A stretch of DNA of 64,000 bases from Microbotryum violaceum (taxonomy: Eukaryota), in contig LN717261.1 in assembly GCA_001244265.2 (NCBI GenBank), positions 744,001 to 808,000 on the forward strand. The letters run 5' to 3'. Made by a program: the position numbers and the translations under genes. Positions 1-20,150 of the stretch are shown piece after piece. Each line of letters begins with the position of its first letter. The stretch's first letter is position 1. Under the pieces are notes generated by a model. That model saw only the letters and a list, made by a program, of their open reading frames with translations, ran no database searches and was not told where the DNA came from.

Positions 1-1
1 A

Positions 2-2272
<2,271 letters not shown>

Positions 2273-3330
2273 GCAAGTCAGCCTCACGCGCCAAGATTGC
2301 CGATTGATAGTCCACCTCGAGTCGGTCATGAGCGGCGCGATGTGCCGTGACCAATAGGTTCGCAAATTGCTTCGAATCCAATCCGAATTGGAAGATTCCT
2401 TGCATGAGGTTCCAGACAACCGAGGTGATTGCGCATCGATATGACAAGTGGAAAGGGAACATCGAATGAAGCGACGACGACAGTTGATCGAGCACCTCGG
2501 GCAACCAAGACCGGTATCGTTTATTGCACTGCTTATTGTTGCATCGATACGAGACCCCAATGAGGAACACCGAGTTGTTGAGATCGCATGCTTGACGAGG
2601 CCTGCCAAGAAAGCCGTCTCGTCGCAATACGCCTTTCTTCAGAGTCGATTCAGCTTGCTGGCATTTGTCGCACACTAAGCCGGATCCTGCCGGCTGGTCT
2701 TCTGGTTGGCCTAATAACATGAGCGGGTCCAAATAAAAAAACAGCGGGTCGAAGATCTTGAGGTTCTGCCGGGCGCACCGGGTATCGTAAATCGACTCCA
2801 GATGGTTTTAGTCGGGAGCCAGCCATGCAGCATTTGGTGGAAGGGTTTGCTGGAACGATTCGCGCCGGACCCATTTGCGTGCTTGATCGTCTCCCGACGG
2901 GAACTGTAGAGGTCGGTCAACCAGGCCGGGTGTTCCCACCGACCTTGAGCTTTAGTGGAACCACCGCCATCATCTTCGTCGTCGCCATCGAACGGATCAC
3001 CGCCTCCCAACGCACAAAAGCGCATCATCATCAGTGATATTGGTTCGCGGGGAGGAGAGGTCCGTGGATGCGCAGTTTGAAGGTTTGTGATCGCGGGGTT
3101 TGCGCTTACTTCACTCATATTCGAACGTGGATCCGAGTCAAAAGAGTCTGAATCGTCGGGCAATGCCGATCCGACCGACGTCGGAATCGAGCGCGACGTG
3201 GGGGTGGTCGAGACTGAGGCATCGGATGCGGAAGGTATGGCAGACGAGCCATCTGGAAACGGAGTTTGGGGTGAAGTTGTTGCCGGTGCAAAGTTGAGAG
3301 TTGTTTGAGTCTAAGATTAGGAGCCACAGA
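2273..3330 (-). pseudogene. Cys-rich DUF6729-like protein, probably TE-derived; frameshifted and cut by the Gypsy LTR
   Basis: FFIW/DPLML...CDKC...GF..RPR...DL...FLIG.SYRC....C...Y.SW...VLDQL.....MFPF.LS.R..I pattern; frameshift near 2730; family recalled from memory. Confidence 0.5.
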
Positions 3331-4243
3331 CATGCATTAGTTTAGTCAGAAGGAATACGAGCGACGGGAATGTAGCCCGGCTCACAGTGTATACTTTTGC
3401 AGGGGGAAACTGTATGGGAAGATGCGGCACATTGCCTTTCTGACGTCAATGCCACTAACAGGTTTTGACACTCATGATCCCAATGATCTATTGCAAATCG
3501 GGCTTTCACAATTGACCTGCATCCGCTGACTCTGCTCGTCTAATATGAGTTGGCGTTGAGACGCTCGCTCGGCCTCTAGCCTAGCTTTCTCCGCTTCCTT
3601 GAGTTGTCTTGCACGTTCATCATCAAGTTCTATTCCAGCAGCTTGCTGTGCTGCTCTCCCGGACTTGGCTATGGCCGCCTCCTCTGTCTTCCTCGGACGA
3701 CCCTGAGGCCTGGTTGCTGCGGGCGCCGGGACTAAGCTACGGGGTCGACCTCATGGCTTCTTGGTCGACTGATCAATTGCAGTCGATCCTGTATCCTGTC
3801 CATCATTATGTATTGAAAGCTCATCGAAGCGGCGCTTCGCGGCCTGAACTTGGCTCGGGGTGTTCACGCTGTGTAGAGTGTCGACACAGGGGCCGATCTC
3901 GTTCTGGCACGCTGTTGATGCTGTCGTAGCCGAGGTGCCGACGTCTTTGTCGTCCGCGTTATCGGCGCTTCGTTTTCGAAAGAAGCGTGACAGCAGTTGC
4001 ATCGTAGGATATGGCACGTTGCAGCATGAAGACAAGCGATGGCCGCGTGCGGCGCGCCTGATTGCTTTTTTTTATTTTTTATTTATCTAATAGATTTCAC
4101 TAACAGCATATCTATACTAATGCCTAAAAATCCTCGGAAAAGACGGAGGGAATGCAGTTAAGCACACTGGCTAGGCCAGTAGTGTAGGTCTCGTTGACCT
4201 TGGAACAAAATCAACCATACCCACTAAAAAACCCCTTAGGTGA

Positions 4244-5320
4244 TTACAGCGAAACCAGTTGTCCCTTGGACTCCTGGATGGACGCGCAGAGCTCCTCGAA
4301 TGCCGTTTCGGCGGTCGGCTCCAGAGGATCCGACGAAAATCAGCGGTGACGAGAGAGCTTCCAGATGGTGTGGAAGAAGAGTAGACACAGCTCGACGAGT
4401 CGGCGTGCCGAGCGAGAAACGACCGGGCACACGAACTGAACAAAGTCGGGGTGTGGGAAAGGAGTGAGCGCAGACCAGAGGCGGCGGGCAAACGGGCAAC
4501 CGACCGCTAGGTGTGCCAGGGCCTCCGGAGCCTCCGACAGGCACATGACACATGCGGTAGATCGATTGTGGAGAAAAGGGATGTTTGGAGAAGCGAGTTG
4601 GCTACCTGGATGAAGTGACCCCAGGGAGAGGAGGTGGGCCTTGTCTTTGGCGTCCGAATGAACCCTGCGAACCTTGCGTAGCTTTTTCCACCAGGCATTC
4701 CAGCGTTGCTCAGGGAGACAGAAAACCCTCTGATGACCGACAGGGAGGATAGGAGGGTAGAGGAAGGCTTGGTGGCGTTTGGACGCGTTCACAAACGAAT
4801 ACGGAGTCATCACCTCTCCATCGGGTCCTCGGAACAGCGTCGGGTTCACCGAGAGTTGGATTCCGTGGCCTGCTGGGAAGTAGAGGACGTGTGTTGCCCA
4901 TCGCTCGAGATTCGGGCTCTTGGAAAGTTCGGGGGGTTTGAGCGTTGTCACCAAATCCCAGGCTTCAAAGTAGCGGATCCATCGTGGAGGGAGCAGCGCC
5001 TTCGTCTTCCTCACCGCGCGTTCCCACTGGTGCCAAAAGTAGGCTCACCAGATCCAGACCCACGAGCGCCAATGTGGGTTGGGGCCCCATTTGGGCAAGG
5101 TAAAGGGGGTGCGTTCGTTCGCCGCCTGAAGGCGAGTGCGGATGTCGAAGAGGTGCCGAATGAAGCAGCCGTCCGGGTCCCGAAGATGGAAGGCCCACTT
5201 GGCGTGATCGATCGCGAGACGCCGAGGTAAGTCAATCAAACCGAAGCCACCGTGGTTGAGAGGGGTGCAGAGGCGCAGGCAAGAGACCTTCGGGGGTTTC
5301 TGAGATCCGTCCGAGGCTCG
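4244..5320 (-). mobile_element. LINE (non-LTR) ORF2 C-terminal fragment, degenerate
   Basis: LCTPLNHGGFGLIDL post-RT motif and zinc finger CVMC..EALAHLAVGCPFARRLW; in-frame stops; 5' side bounded by a solo LTR. Confidence 0.8.
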
Positions 5321-5543
5321 TGTAATACACCCCGTTGGAGTGTACACCTGAGCGGCGACGACAAGGATCACAGGACCAAAGTATGTAGAATTGACACTCG
5401 ACACTCATATCAGTCGCTAGTATGACAATGCCTTCTGATCCACCTTGTGCTCACCTGGACACTTGTATCAGTCGCTGGAGAGAGACTAAGAATGCCCAGG
5501 CGCGCGTCCCCTCCTCCTAAGGCCCAGGCGCACGGGCCTTACA
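5321..5543. repeat. Solo LTR (223 bp), inverted copy of 12426-12648
   Basis: TGTAA...TTACA termini; near-identical reverse complement at 12426-12648; no matching TSD. Confidence 0.85.
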
Positions 5544-6364
5544 CCTGTTTTCTTGCGTGATTTGTTACAACTATCAGCATTCTTGCTGTTGTCCATCTGT
5601 AGCAATGGCAGTGAAGACTCACATTTGGTGTGCCGATGACCCGGATTCTCAACCATACGATGTCAATCCTTCCGCTGTTTCACTGATGTTCAATGTCTGT
5701 TGTTTGTATCAGTTTTTCCGCCATAACTAAGACTGCACAGCCATGTCAAGGGATAACGCACGCATGCAGTGTCATCAGCTGATGTTAAAGAAACAACTCG
5801 AGTGTTGACATTCAAAGAGGACATGTTGAAGGGAATCTCTGCTTGGTAGTTCCCCATTAGCTTCTAAACAATCCCACACCAAGAGCACAGTTCATGAAGT
5901 TACTTACTCGAATTCGTAGCTATGTTGCATGCGGCAGGCATTTCTTGATCCCGTATTCGTTGCAGAGCTTCCACGACGACCGCTTCGGATGTCGCAAGCT
6001 CAAGGTGGCGATGGTTAGGGTGTGAAGAGCAGGAGGGAGAAAGATGGAGAAGCTGGAAGCACCGCGTGCAGCCATGCTCCAATAATGATAGACAGGATCA
6101 AACAGTTGTAGTTCAAGTTTAGAACCTTGAGGCAGTCAGCTGGCAAAAGCCAAGAGAAGTTCTAGGTGCGCGCAAGCTATCCAACTAAGCCCCAAAATTC
6201 CATCACCTTCTTCCGGCTCCCGGGCAAAAGGCCTCGGGCCTTGCACTCTTCCCCTCCTGAATCAAACCCTCCCCTTCGTCCTCGTCTTCAGCTCCCAACA
6301 CCAAAGCGCCTCTGTCCCCTCCAAGTGCTCGCGTGGCTCCAAGGTGGCTTCGTGCTGCGGATAT

Positions 6365-9300
6365 AATAAGAGACTGATGAGTGGGTAATCCAACCGTCAG
6401 TTAATTGCATATGATAGTAGCCGTAGTGATAGATGTACGTACCTGACGGGCGTGTAATCTAACCTGGAGAGAAGACAACAGTTGGTGCGCATCGCCAGGC
6501 TTCACTAAACAAATGCGCGCTTCTAATCAAATAATCAATAGCCGCCTTTCTGCTAATCCTCATTCACAACACGCCAACTCACCCCTTCACGCGATGAATC
6601 TATAAGCCCCATCGCGTGTACAAACTGATAGTGCTTCTGTGTCCCGAGCCCCTTGGTGAGGACGTCCGCAGCCATGGTGCCTGTGGGCACCCAGACCATC
6701 TCGATCGTGCCTTCCGCAATGTGGTCCCGGATGAAGTGAAAGTGGATGCCAATATGTTTGGTACAAGCATGGAAAGCCGGGTGCTTGGCCAGAGTGATGG
6801 CGGACTGGTTGTCACCCCGCAAACGAGTTGGAGCGGTCTGCTCGAAGCCAAGATCCGCAAGCAAACGACGTAACCAAATCCCCTCGCGAGCGGCGTATGA
6901 CATGGCCAAATACTCGCCCTCGGTACTGGAGAGGGTGACGAGAGTCTGTCGCTTGGCAATCCAAGAGATAGCCCCACCAGCGCACATGAACACGTAGCCC
7001 AAGACGCTCCGGCGAGTGACCGGGTCGGCGCCACGATCAGCATCGACGAATCCCTCCAAGATTGCCGACATAGGCTGGAAGGACTTCTGATAGCGGATGC
7101 CAAAATTGCGGGTACCGACAAGGTAGCGCAGGATGTGTTTGAGCGCCTCCCAATGCTCCGCTGTGAAGTCGTTGCAGAAATGAGCAGCCTTTGAAACGGC
7201 GAACGCGATGTTGGGTCGGGTGGTGCCAGAGAGGTATAAGAGCTTGCCTACAATGGCGCGATAGGGGATCGAGGCAGGATCAAAACCGGAGTCTGCGCGA
7301 TTCCTCAGAGTCGACGGAGCTGCGAGAGGCGTGGGGCGGGGGAGGCATTGGCCATGTGGTGTTCCTCGAGGATGGCATCAACGAAATGTCCCTGGTTGAC
7401 AATCGCAGCACCCGTCTTGCCCTCACGACGGATGCTCTGGCCAAGGAAGAAGGAAGCCTCGTCGGTGCTGCGAGCTTCGAACCGAGCCTTGAGCTGACAG
7501 AGCACGCCGTCAAGATCCCCGTCACCCGTGAGCAGACCATCGTCGACATGAATGGAGAGGAAAGACCGTTGATCCCCCTCTTTGCGAACGAAAACGGCAT
7601 GGTCACTGTCGGTGCGGGTGAAGCCAATGGACAGGATCCATTCAGTGAAGACCTTGTACCACTCGCGGCCCGCCTGAACGAGGCCGTAGAGAGCGCGCTG
7701 CAAGCGCACAATATCGCCTCCGGGTAGTCGCATGTAGATCTCGGTCCCGCCGAGGTTGCCGTTGAGGTACGCAGACGAGACGTCAAACTGGCGGGTCTCC
7801 CACTCGTTTTTGACGGCGAGGGCGAGTAACAGTTGATGAGAGGTGGCTCGACCTGTGGGAGAGAACGAATTGATATGCACCCCCCAACGTCTTTGCATGT
7901 CCCCGTGCGCAACAAGTCGAGCTTTGTACTTGAGAATTTGACCCTCCGCATTGCGCTTGACGAGGAGCACCCACATGCTCCCGATGACAATGGCCCCGGG
8001 CGGGGGTCAAACCGGCTTGGAGAACGCGTTCTTAGCGGCGAGAGCTCCCTCCTCCACCAACATGGCGGCCAGCCAGTAATCACAAAAGGGGCCAGCGAGG
8101 GCGGCCTGGACCGAAGGAGTGTCATCGCTGTCGATCTTGGCGAGGAGCGCAGAGACTTCCTCAAACGAGTACATCTGCGTGTCAAGGTTGCCTTTGTCGA
8201 AGTCATCGAACTGGATGGCTGCGTGGTCGGCAAACTCCCAATGCTGTGCCGCGTGAGCAAATCCGAGGTAGTCAGGCGGACGGCGGGTCCGGGTGGAGCA
8301 ATCACCATCGGGCGGTGCGTTTGCCGGGCCAGGGATCGAAAATGCGAGGACGGGCAGAACGGGTGGCGGAGCGGCGGCAGCGGGAGCCACGGCCGGCGCT
8401 TCGGCAAAAGGGGGCGCAGCGGTGGAACCGATGCCAAGCGGCGCGGGCGGGTAAGACAAACCGACCGCAACAGGGATGGCAGGGATGGCAGGGCTCACCG
8501 CAGCGGGAAAGAAACGGTCCTCAAAGAACCTGGCCTGAGACGACTCAAAGACCTTGTTGCGAACCGGATCGAAGAAGCGCCAGGCCTTGGATCGCGAGGA
8601 GTAAAGTAGCAGAGGCGGGATCGCGGGGCCAGCTTGTTGGGACGTTGCTCGGGGCGAGCGGCACGTGAGCGGCACAGCCCCAGGTCTTGACACGGTCAAG
8701 GCGGGGGCGGCGGGTGTCCGTGACCGGGTCGGAGGGTTCGTGCAGCACAGAGTCTGGGGTGCGCTGCTGGAGCGGCGACGAGGGGAGCAGATTTATGACG
8801 TAGATCGCAGCGTGAGCCGCTTCATCCCAAAGTGCGGGAGGCAGTCCCGAGCGATGGAGCCAGGCGCGAACGGAGTTGAAGATTGTTCGCCAGCTGCGTT
8901 CCTGAACGCCCATCTGGCCGTGCTCGTACGCTGTGGACAGCTCGTGGAAAATGCCCCGCGCGGCGAGCCAATCCCGGAGCCTGTGGTTCACAAACTTGCC
9001 CCCTCTGTCCGTGCGCAGCGTTGTGACGCCCTGGCCCCATACTGGGTCTTCGACATCGCAACAAAATCCTGAAGGACGGCTGACGAGTCACTCTTGACCG
9101 GATGCTGCGAGCCCAGCGGAAGCGCGAAAACTCGTCCGTGATGCCGCAGAGGTAACGAGCACCCGAAAGTGCGGGCACAGGGGAAGGACCCCACACGTTG
9201 GCAAAGACACGGGAGAAAGGTGCGTCCGCAGGGTGGCTTGCGGGTTCCCGGTTTGGGGAAGAGACGGTTTTGCCGGCGCAACAAGCATCGCACTGATTGA

Positions 9301-11327
9301 GGAGGCGAATCTGATCCGGAGTTACAGCTGCTACATCGAGTGGAATTTGACCCGACCTAACAAGCTCTACCAAACGACCCCAAGAAGGATGACCCAAGCG
9401 CTGATGCCAAAGCACTACGTCTGTAGGCAAGGTGGTGGCAGTCAGCGCCAGGTGATCCGCCCGAGGAGGTGGGTGAGAACTTGCCTGAAGCACGTAGTGG
9501 TTGCGATCAAGGGCGAAGGAAAGGCGGGAGGTCGCGCTCGAGATCGCGATCCCGGTATGTTTCCCAGCCGCGTTGCACTCGTTGGATAGCTCATACCCGT
9601 CCTTCATCAGGCCGGCAAGTGAGACGAGTTCAGCGGACAGACCGGGGACAAGGAGGACGTCGTGGAGTTCGATGGACGCTTCGTCGACACCGAACCGGAG
9701 AGTGCCCGTACCAGTCGCCATGGCACTGGAGTTGAAGGCGCCGACGACCCGGACGCGCTCCGTGGTGAAGGGCTTGAAGTCGATGAGGAGGTCCCGGCGA
9801 GTCGTCATGTGGCGGGTCGCACCCGAATCAAGCAAGTAGCGCGGGATGTCGCTCAGGTACAGCGCCGTGTTGTTGTCACCAATGGGTACGCCGACAACAA
9901 AGTATCCCTTGTAGGCCTCGTCCTCGAGCTGAGCCTCGGTGCACGGTCGACGGCGACGAGCGCCATTACGTTGGCCGCGCCAATGGTGATGTTGTGCTTG
10001 GCGAGAACAGCGATGCGGCGGCGAGAGACCTCTGCCGACGGCACCGTGCATTCGTCGCCAAGATGTCCCTGCTCGTAGCACCTTCTGCACTGCATCCGAC
10101 CCAGTTTCAGGCGATCAGCGTGCGAGATCCCGTGAGGCCACCTCTCCTTGAGGCCGGGCACCCTCGAGGCCTGAAGGAAGGGGGGCGCCGAGGGACCGGA
10201 AGGACGGCCCGAGGGTTTCGAGCGAGGACGACCCGAGGCTGGCTGACTCCGAGACTGCACCCGTGCCGCTAATGCCTCCGCGATGGGCTCGATCTGCCGG
10301 CTCGAGGAAAGTGCGGCCCTACGTATCGCACCCTCAACTTGCTCAAGCGATGTGAGCGTGCCGATGGAGTCAATGACCATCACGAGGTTCCTCGGCATCC
10401 TAGCCTTCAAGAGGTCCATGCGAACGCCCTCGGACAGCGCGGGCGGTGGTACCCACTTGTCGAAATCGCTCTGGGTAAACAATGTGCCGTCGATCCTGGC
10501 GCGTTGATAGGCTTTGTCACGGGAGACGTGGGCGGCGACAAGGTCCTCAAACAACCGGTTGAAGTTTGCAAGCCATGGGTCGAGCGCTTCGCCGTCGACA
10601 AATGGCTCACACAAGAAGAGGGCGTCGAGCTTCGCTGAGCGCATGAAATTGTCCGAAGCGCGACCGAGATCCTTATCGAGCGCGGCCCACAAGTTGTGCG
10701 TGGCGTTGGCTTTGACGCGGGCGAAGGTGGACTCCCCCAAGCATACGATTAGCGTATTGCGCGCCTGCGCAAGGGCCTGATCGAGAGCGTCGACATCCTG
10801 ACGGTACAATCGAAGTTGGTTGCGATAGGTGGCCACATCGTCTACCCGGTTGTCGCCCTCCAAGCGAGTGAACTCGGACTGCAAAGGCTCGGGGCCGACG
10901 TCTAGAACACCGGTGACGTGCTTGAGGCGGCCCTCGCCTTTCAGGACGTTCTGAAGTCGCTCCCTGGCAACACCCCAGTTGGTGGCGTCGACTTTGCCGT
11001 ATAGGTCGCCCATCAGACTGACGTGGTCAGCCGTGGGAGTCGCCATCTTGGATATGCGCTGCGTCTTTTCTGCGTGCGGATCTGTGCCTTGCGGCAATAC
11101 AGACGCTACCAAATAAGAGACTGACAAGCGTGTAATCCAACCGTCAGTTAATTGCATATGATAGTAGCCGTAGTGCTAGATCTACGTACCTGACGAGCGT
11201 GTAATCCAACCGTGGAGAGAAGACAACGGTTGGTGCGCATCGCCAGGCTTCACTAAACAAACGCGCGCTTCTAATCAAATAACCGATAGCCGCCTTCCTG
11301 CTAATCCTCATTCACAACACGCCAACT
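6365..11327 (-). mobile_element. Full-length Ty1/Copia retrotransposon with frameshifted gag-pol and non-canonical LTR ends
   Basis: LTRs 6365-6579 and 11112-11327; TSD GATAT (6360-6364, 11328-11332); PBS TGGTAGCG (11104-11111); PPT; motifs [32 protein letters not shown] in PR-INT-RT-RH order. Confidence 0.95.
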
Positions 11328-11339
11328 GATATCCTTCAT

Positions 11340-11499
11340 CAGCAACTTTGCCACTTTGCTAAATGCCACTAAATAAATATCGAGCCGCTAAACCGCTAAA
11401 GTGCGCAAAATGGCGCACAATGGCACTCAGATTGGCACTGTTTGATGAACTTAGCAAAGTTTGATGAATTTGACGCTTAAATTTTGGCGGAGTGCTGTG
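11340..11499 (-). repeat. Possible DNA-transposon terminus (CACAG... with short subterminal repeats)
   Basis: Repeated GCCACT/GCTAAA/TGGCAC motifs ending in GCTGTG; partner end not found. Confidence 0.3.
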
Positions 11500-12425
11500 G
11501 TGAGGTGTAACAATGTCAAGACCTTGGTTGCTATTCTTCCTATTACAAACTCTAGGTATCAATATACCAAGTCCTTGACCTGCAATAGATACATAAAGAA
11601 ATGATTTGCTCTCGACACATGTTTACAATATTGAAAAATAACCAAAACTGAAGCTATACTGATGATTCAATTGAGCAAACTCATGACAGGGGCTATTCTG
11701 ACAGATCCATTTGAGCCGTCATCCCTTTCCCCTTCCCGCGACTCTGAGGCGTTCTCGGATCACGTAGAATTTTGATGCTAAATACCCTCCCAAAGCGATC
11801 ACATACATGCTCACAAGTTACAGTCAACTGGTGATTCCAGATGTCCACAACATTCTGGATATTCCACGCCGGTGTGATCTCCATTTCTCAAAATAGCACC
11901 TGCCCAAGATCCGATCGTAAAACATTCTCAACCGAGTGTCGTAGATTGTAGTAGTCGCTGTGGGGCGACGTAAGAAGGAAATGCGCCTTTTGCGCCTACG
12001 GACAGTGTGGGACTTGGACAAGTTTTGGGAGCAAGGCGCGAGTCGGCGCAAACCGGGCCTTCGCCAGGACGTGGGCGCAAGCGCCGTCACGCCCAAGTGA
12101 CTCGCATTAGGCCACGGTCGCATGTTGTTTACCAAGTCCGCGCGCCATCGCGAGCCTCCTTTCCTTCCTCCCACTCACTGCCACCGCTCGCAATCCCCAC
12201 CGCTTCTTCCCTTTTGCCTCCACCATCACCTTTCAATCTGCCCCTGGCTATTTCCGAGTGAGTCGACCGTATGGCACAGTCATTGAAAGGTATGGCTGAA
12301 GTGTTACAAGCCGCCGGCAAAGACACCGCCAGCAACCGGGGGGACCAATGCGTGGTCGACCAAACACGAAGCAGACTGAGGCGCACGTCACATCTTGGCA
12401 ACGCTGACCATCTTCGGAGGGGTTC

Positions 12426-12648
12426 TGTAAGGCCCGTGCGCCTGGGCCTTAGGAAGAGGGGACGCGCGCCTGGGCACTCTTAGTCTCTCTCCAGCGACTG
12501 ATACGAGTGTCCAGGTGAGCACAAGGTGGATCAGAAGGCATTGTCATACCAGCGACTGATACGAGTGTCCAGTGTCAATTCTACATACTTTGGTCCTGTG
12601 ATCCTTGTCGTCGTCGCTCAGGTGTACACTCCAACGGGGTGTATTACA
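12426..12648. repeat. Solo LTR (223 bp)
   Basis: TGTAAGG...TTACA; inverted copy of 5321-5543. Confidence 0.85.
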
Positions 12649-13524
12649 GCAGGCTGCGAAGACGCGATTGAGTCGGCGGAGTGGAATTACGGCGGCAAGA
12701 TTGCTGCTGTGCACCTCATCCGCGAGGCTGGCTGCAAGATGGAGGGCGAAGGCGCGGACTGGTACATTGATTGCCGCGACAAAGTGAAGGCACTCAAGTT
12801 GTGGCCCGAGTTTGCCCAGGAGGTCAAGGCCCGATTTATCAACGAGAAGACCGGGCTGGAGGCAAAACATGCGTTCTACAACGCGCACCAAACAGGGACC
12901 CTCAGTGATTTTGTGGCAACGTTGATCGCAGCAGGTGGCCAAGCAGGATCAATTGGGTGGACCCAGGTAATCTTGGACGAGCTCTTCAAGGATCATCTCC
13001 TACACCACTGTGACGAGCTTCTTTACCTCCGCGCAACCGCCTCCCCGTCGTTCAATGTGGCCAAATTCACGATGAACCAACTTGTTGCGTATCTTCAGTC
13101 CTTGTGGGAAGCGATCACTCTTGAGCGCGCAACAACAGGGGTCCGACGCATGTGTTTGCGAAATGACCAAGTGCGCCAAGAACAGAACAACAGCGCAGCT
13201 CACCAGACGAGTGGTCGACCAATGGCTGGTTTGGACCGCACACCCAGGGACAAGGCTCTGCATGAGGGGCGCTGCTTCCACTGTGATGTTCACGGTCACA
13301 TTGCGGCGGACTGTCCTTCCAAGCCAGGTACTTCATTGACACCCGCTCCCTCGCGACCAACACCTGGACCGCGAATGGTTGCTGCAATCCGAGAGTACCA
13401 GGAGTCAGGGGACTCGACAGCATTTGTTGGCATCTCAAGTGACTCAGAAGAGGATGATGCCCGTTGGCTTGCATTCCAAACTGATAAGGAGGACACTTGT
13501 TCGTTTGGATTAGAAGCTGGATGA
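12649..13524 (+). pseudogene. gag: Gag-like ORF, 5'-truncated by an LTR
   Basis: CFHCDVHGHIAADC zinc knuckle; W.EF..EVK.RF capsid-like motif; followed by a purine tract and an LTR. Confidence 0.75.
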
Positions 13525-13549
13525 GGGGATTGATTCAAGTTGGGGAGAG

Positions 13550-18380
<4,831 letters not shown>

Positions 18381-19685
18381 CTCCCGAAGCTGTGGCACCG
18401 CAGGTACCACCATCCTTCCCTCAAAATAGAGCACCCCTTCCACACAAGAGAGCCCTGGCGACGAATTGAGATTGCGCTTGACCTGCTGGCAGAAGGGATC
18501 GGCTTCATAACCTTCTACCACCCGCCTCCGTAGCTGAGTATTGACTTCCATCACCAACACCGCCTGTATTGAGTTGGCCTGTCCTTGTGGGAAAGAGTAT
18601 CGGCTCATTGCGTCTGCGACGGTGTTCTTGCCTCCTGGGATGTACGTGATGTCGAAATTGTAGTCGGCGAGTTGTTCAATCCAGCGAGCTTGCCGTTTTG
18701 ACAGGTTCTCCTGCGTCTTTAGATATTTCAGCGATTTGTGGTCGGACAGTACATTGAAGTGGACCCCCATCAAGTTGACGCGCCACTGCCGCAACGCGTC
18801 CACCACCGCTAACAGCTCCTGTTCGTGTGTCGGGCAGTTAATCTCCGCGCTGATGTACTTCCGAGACCAGTACGCGACCGGATGGGCCTTACACCAATCT
18901 TGCCCCTGAAGCAACACAGCGCCGATCCCGACATTGCTTGCGTCCGTCATTACCCAGAGTGGGTCGGCAGAGTCCGTGTGGTCGACCGGCTTGAGACACG
19001 GCAGTGAGGTGACAATTTTCTTGATCGCGTTGAAGTGTCTCTCTTGCTCAGCACCCCACATGAGTCGGACATTTGCGTTCTTCGACGTTAAATCCGCCAA
19101 GGGTTTGGTATGTTGGGCCAGGCTGTTGATGAACTTGCGCAAATACTGAACAAGGCCCAGGAATCCTCGCAGCTCGGTGACAGTCCGAGGCCGTGGCCAC
19201 TCCAGAATACGCTTGACCTTCGACTGATCCGCCGCAATCCCCTCGCGTGAAATGACATGTCCCAAGAAGACGCAAGACATTCGGAAAAGTTCGGTCTTCT
19301 TTGGCGAACAATACAGATCTGCCCAATGCAGCGCTTTGAGTACCTCCTTGACGTGAGTCCGATGTTCCTCAATGGTATTCGAGAAAATTGTGATGTCGTC
19401 GAGGTAGGCAAAACAACTCTTGCCGATGAGACTTGACAAGGCTTTGTTGACCCGGTGTTGATGCGTTGCTGGCGCGTTGGACAGACCCATTGGCATGACC
19501 ACCCACTCGAAGAGTCCCAAGGGAGTTGCCACCGCGGTCTTGGGGATGTCCTCCTTGGCCATCTTTGTCTGGAAAAAACTGTTTGTCATGTCGATCTTGG
19601 ACCAGAATTGCGCCCTTGCGGAGACCGCTAAGATTTCGTCTGGGAGGGGAAGTGGTGTGCAATCTGGTACCGTGGCCGCGGCCCG
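18381..19685 (-). mobile_element. pol: Ty3/Gypsy pol fragment (RT, RNase H, start of integrase)
   Basis: SKIDMTNSFFQ, MPMGLSNAPAT, YLDD, TDAS, EQELLAVV, NTVADAMSR; truncated on both sides. Confidence 0.93.
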
Positions 19686-19699
19686 CATAGCAAAAAAGG

Positions 19700-20150
<451 letters not shown>

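Noticed and set aside
4165-4185. ACTGGC-TAG-GCCAGT hairpin as a Helitron 3' end
   Set aside because: No properly spaced downstream CTRR and no linked Helitron sequence
5321-12648. Inverted 223-bp repeats as TIRs of one element, or proof of an inversion
   Set aside because: Each copy has its own TG...CA ends. Swapped flanks match only 4/5 on one side (ACAGG/GCAGG) and not on the other
12526-12648. Shared peptide SSVNSTYFGPVILVV in two ORFs as a protein domain
   Set aside because: It is read-through into the same solo LTR sequence
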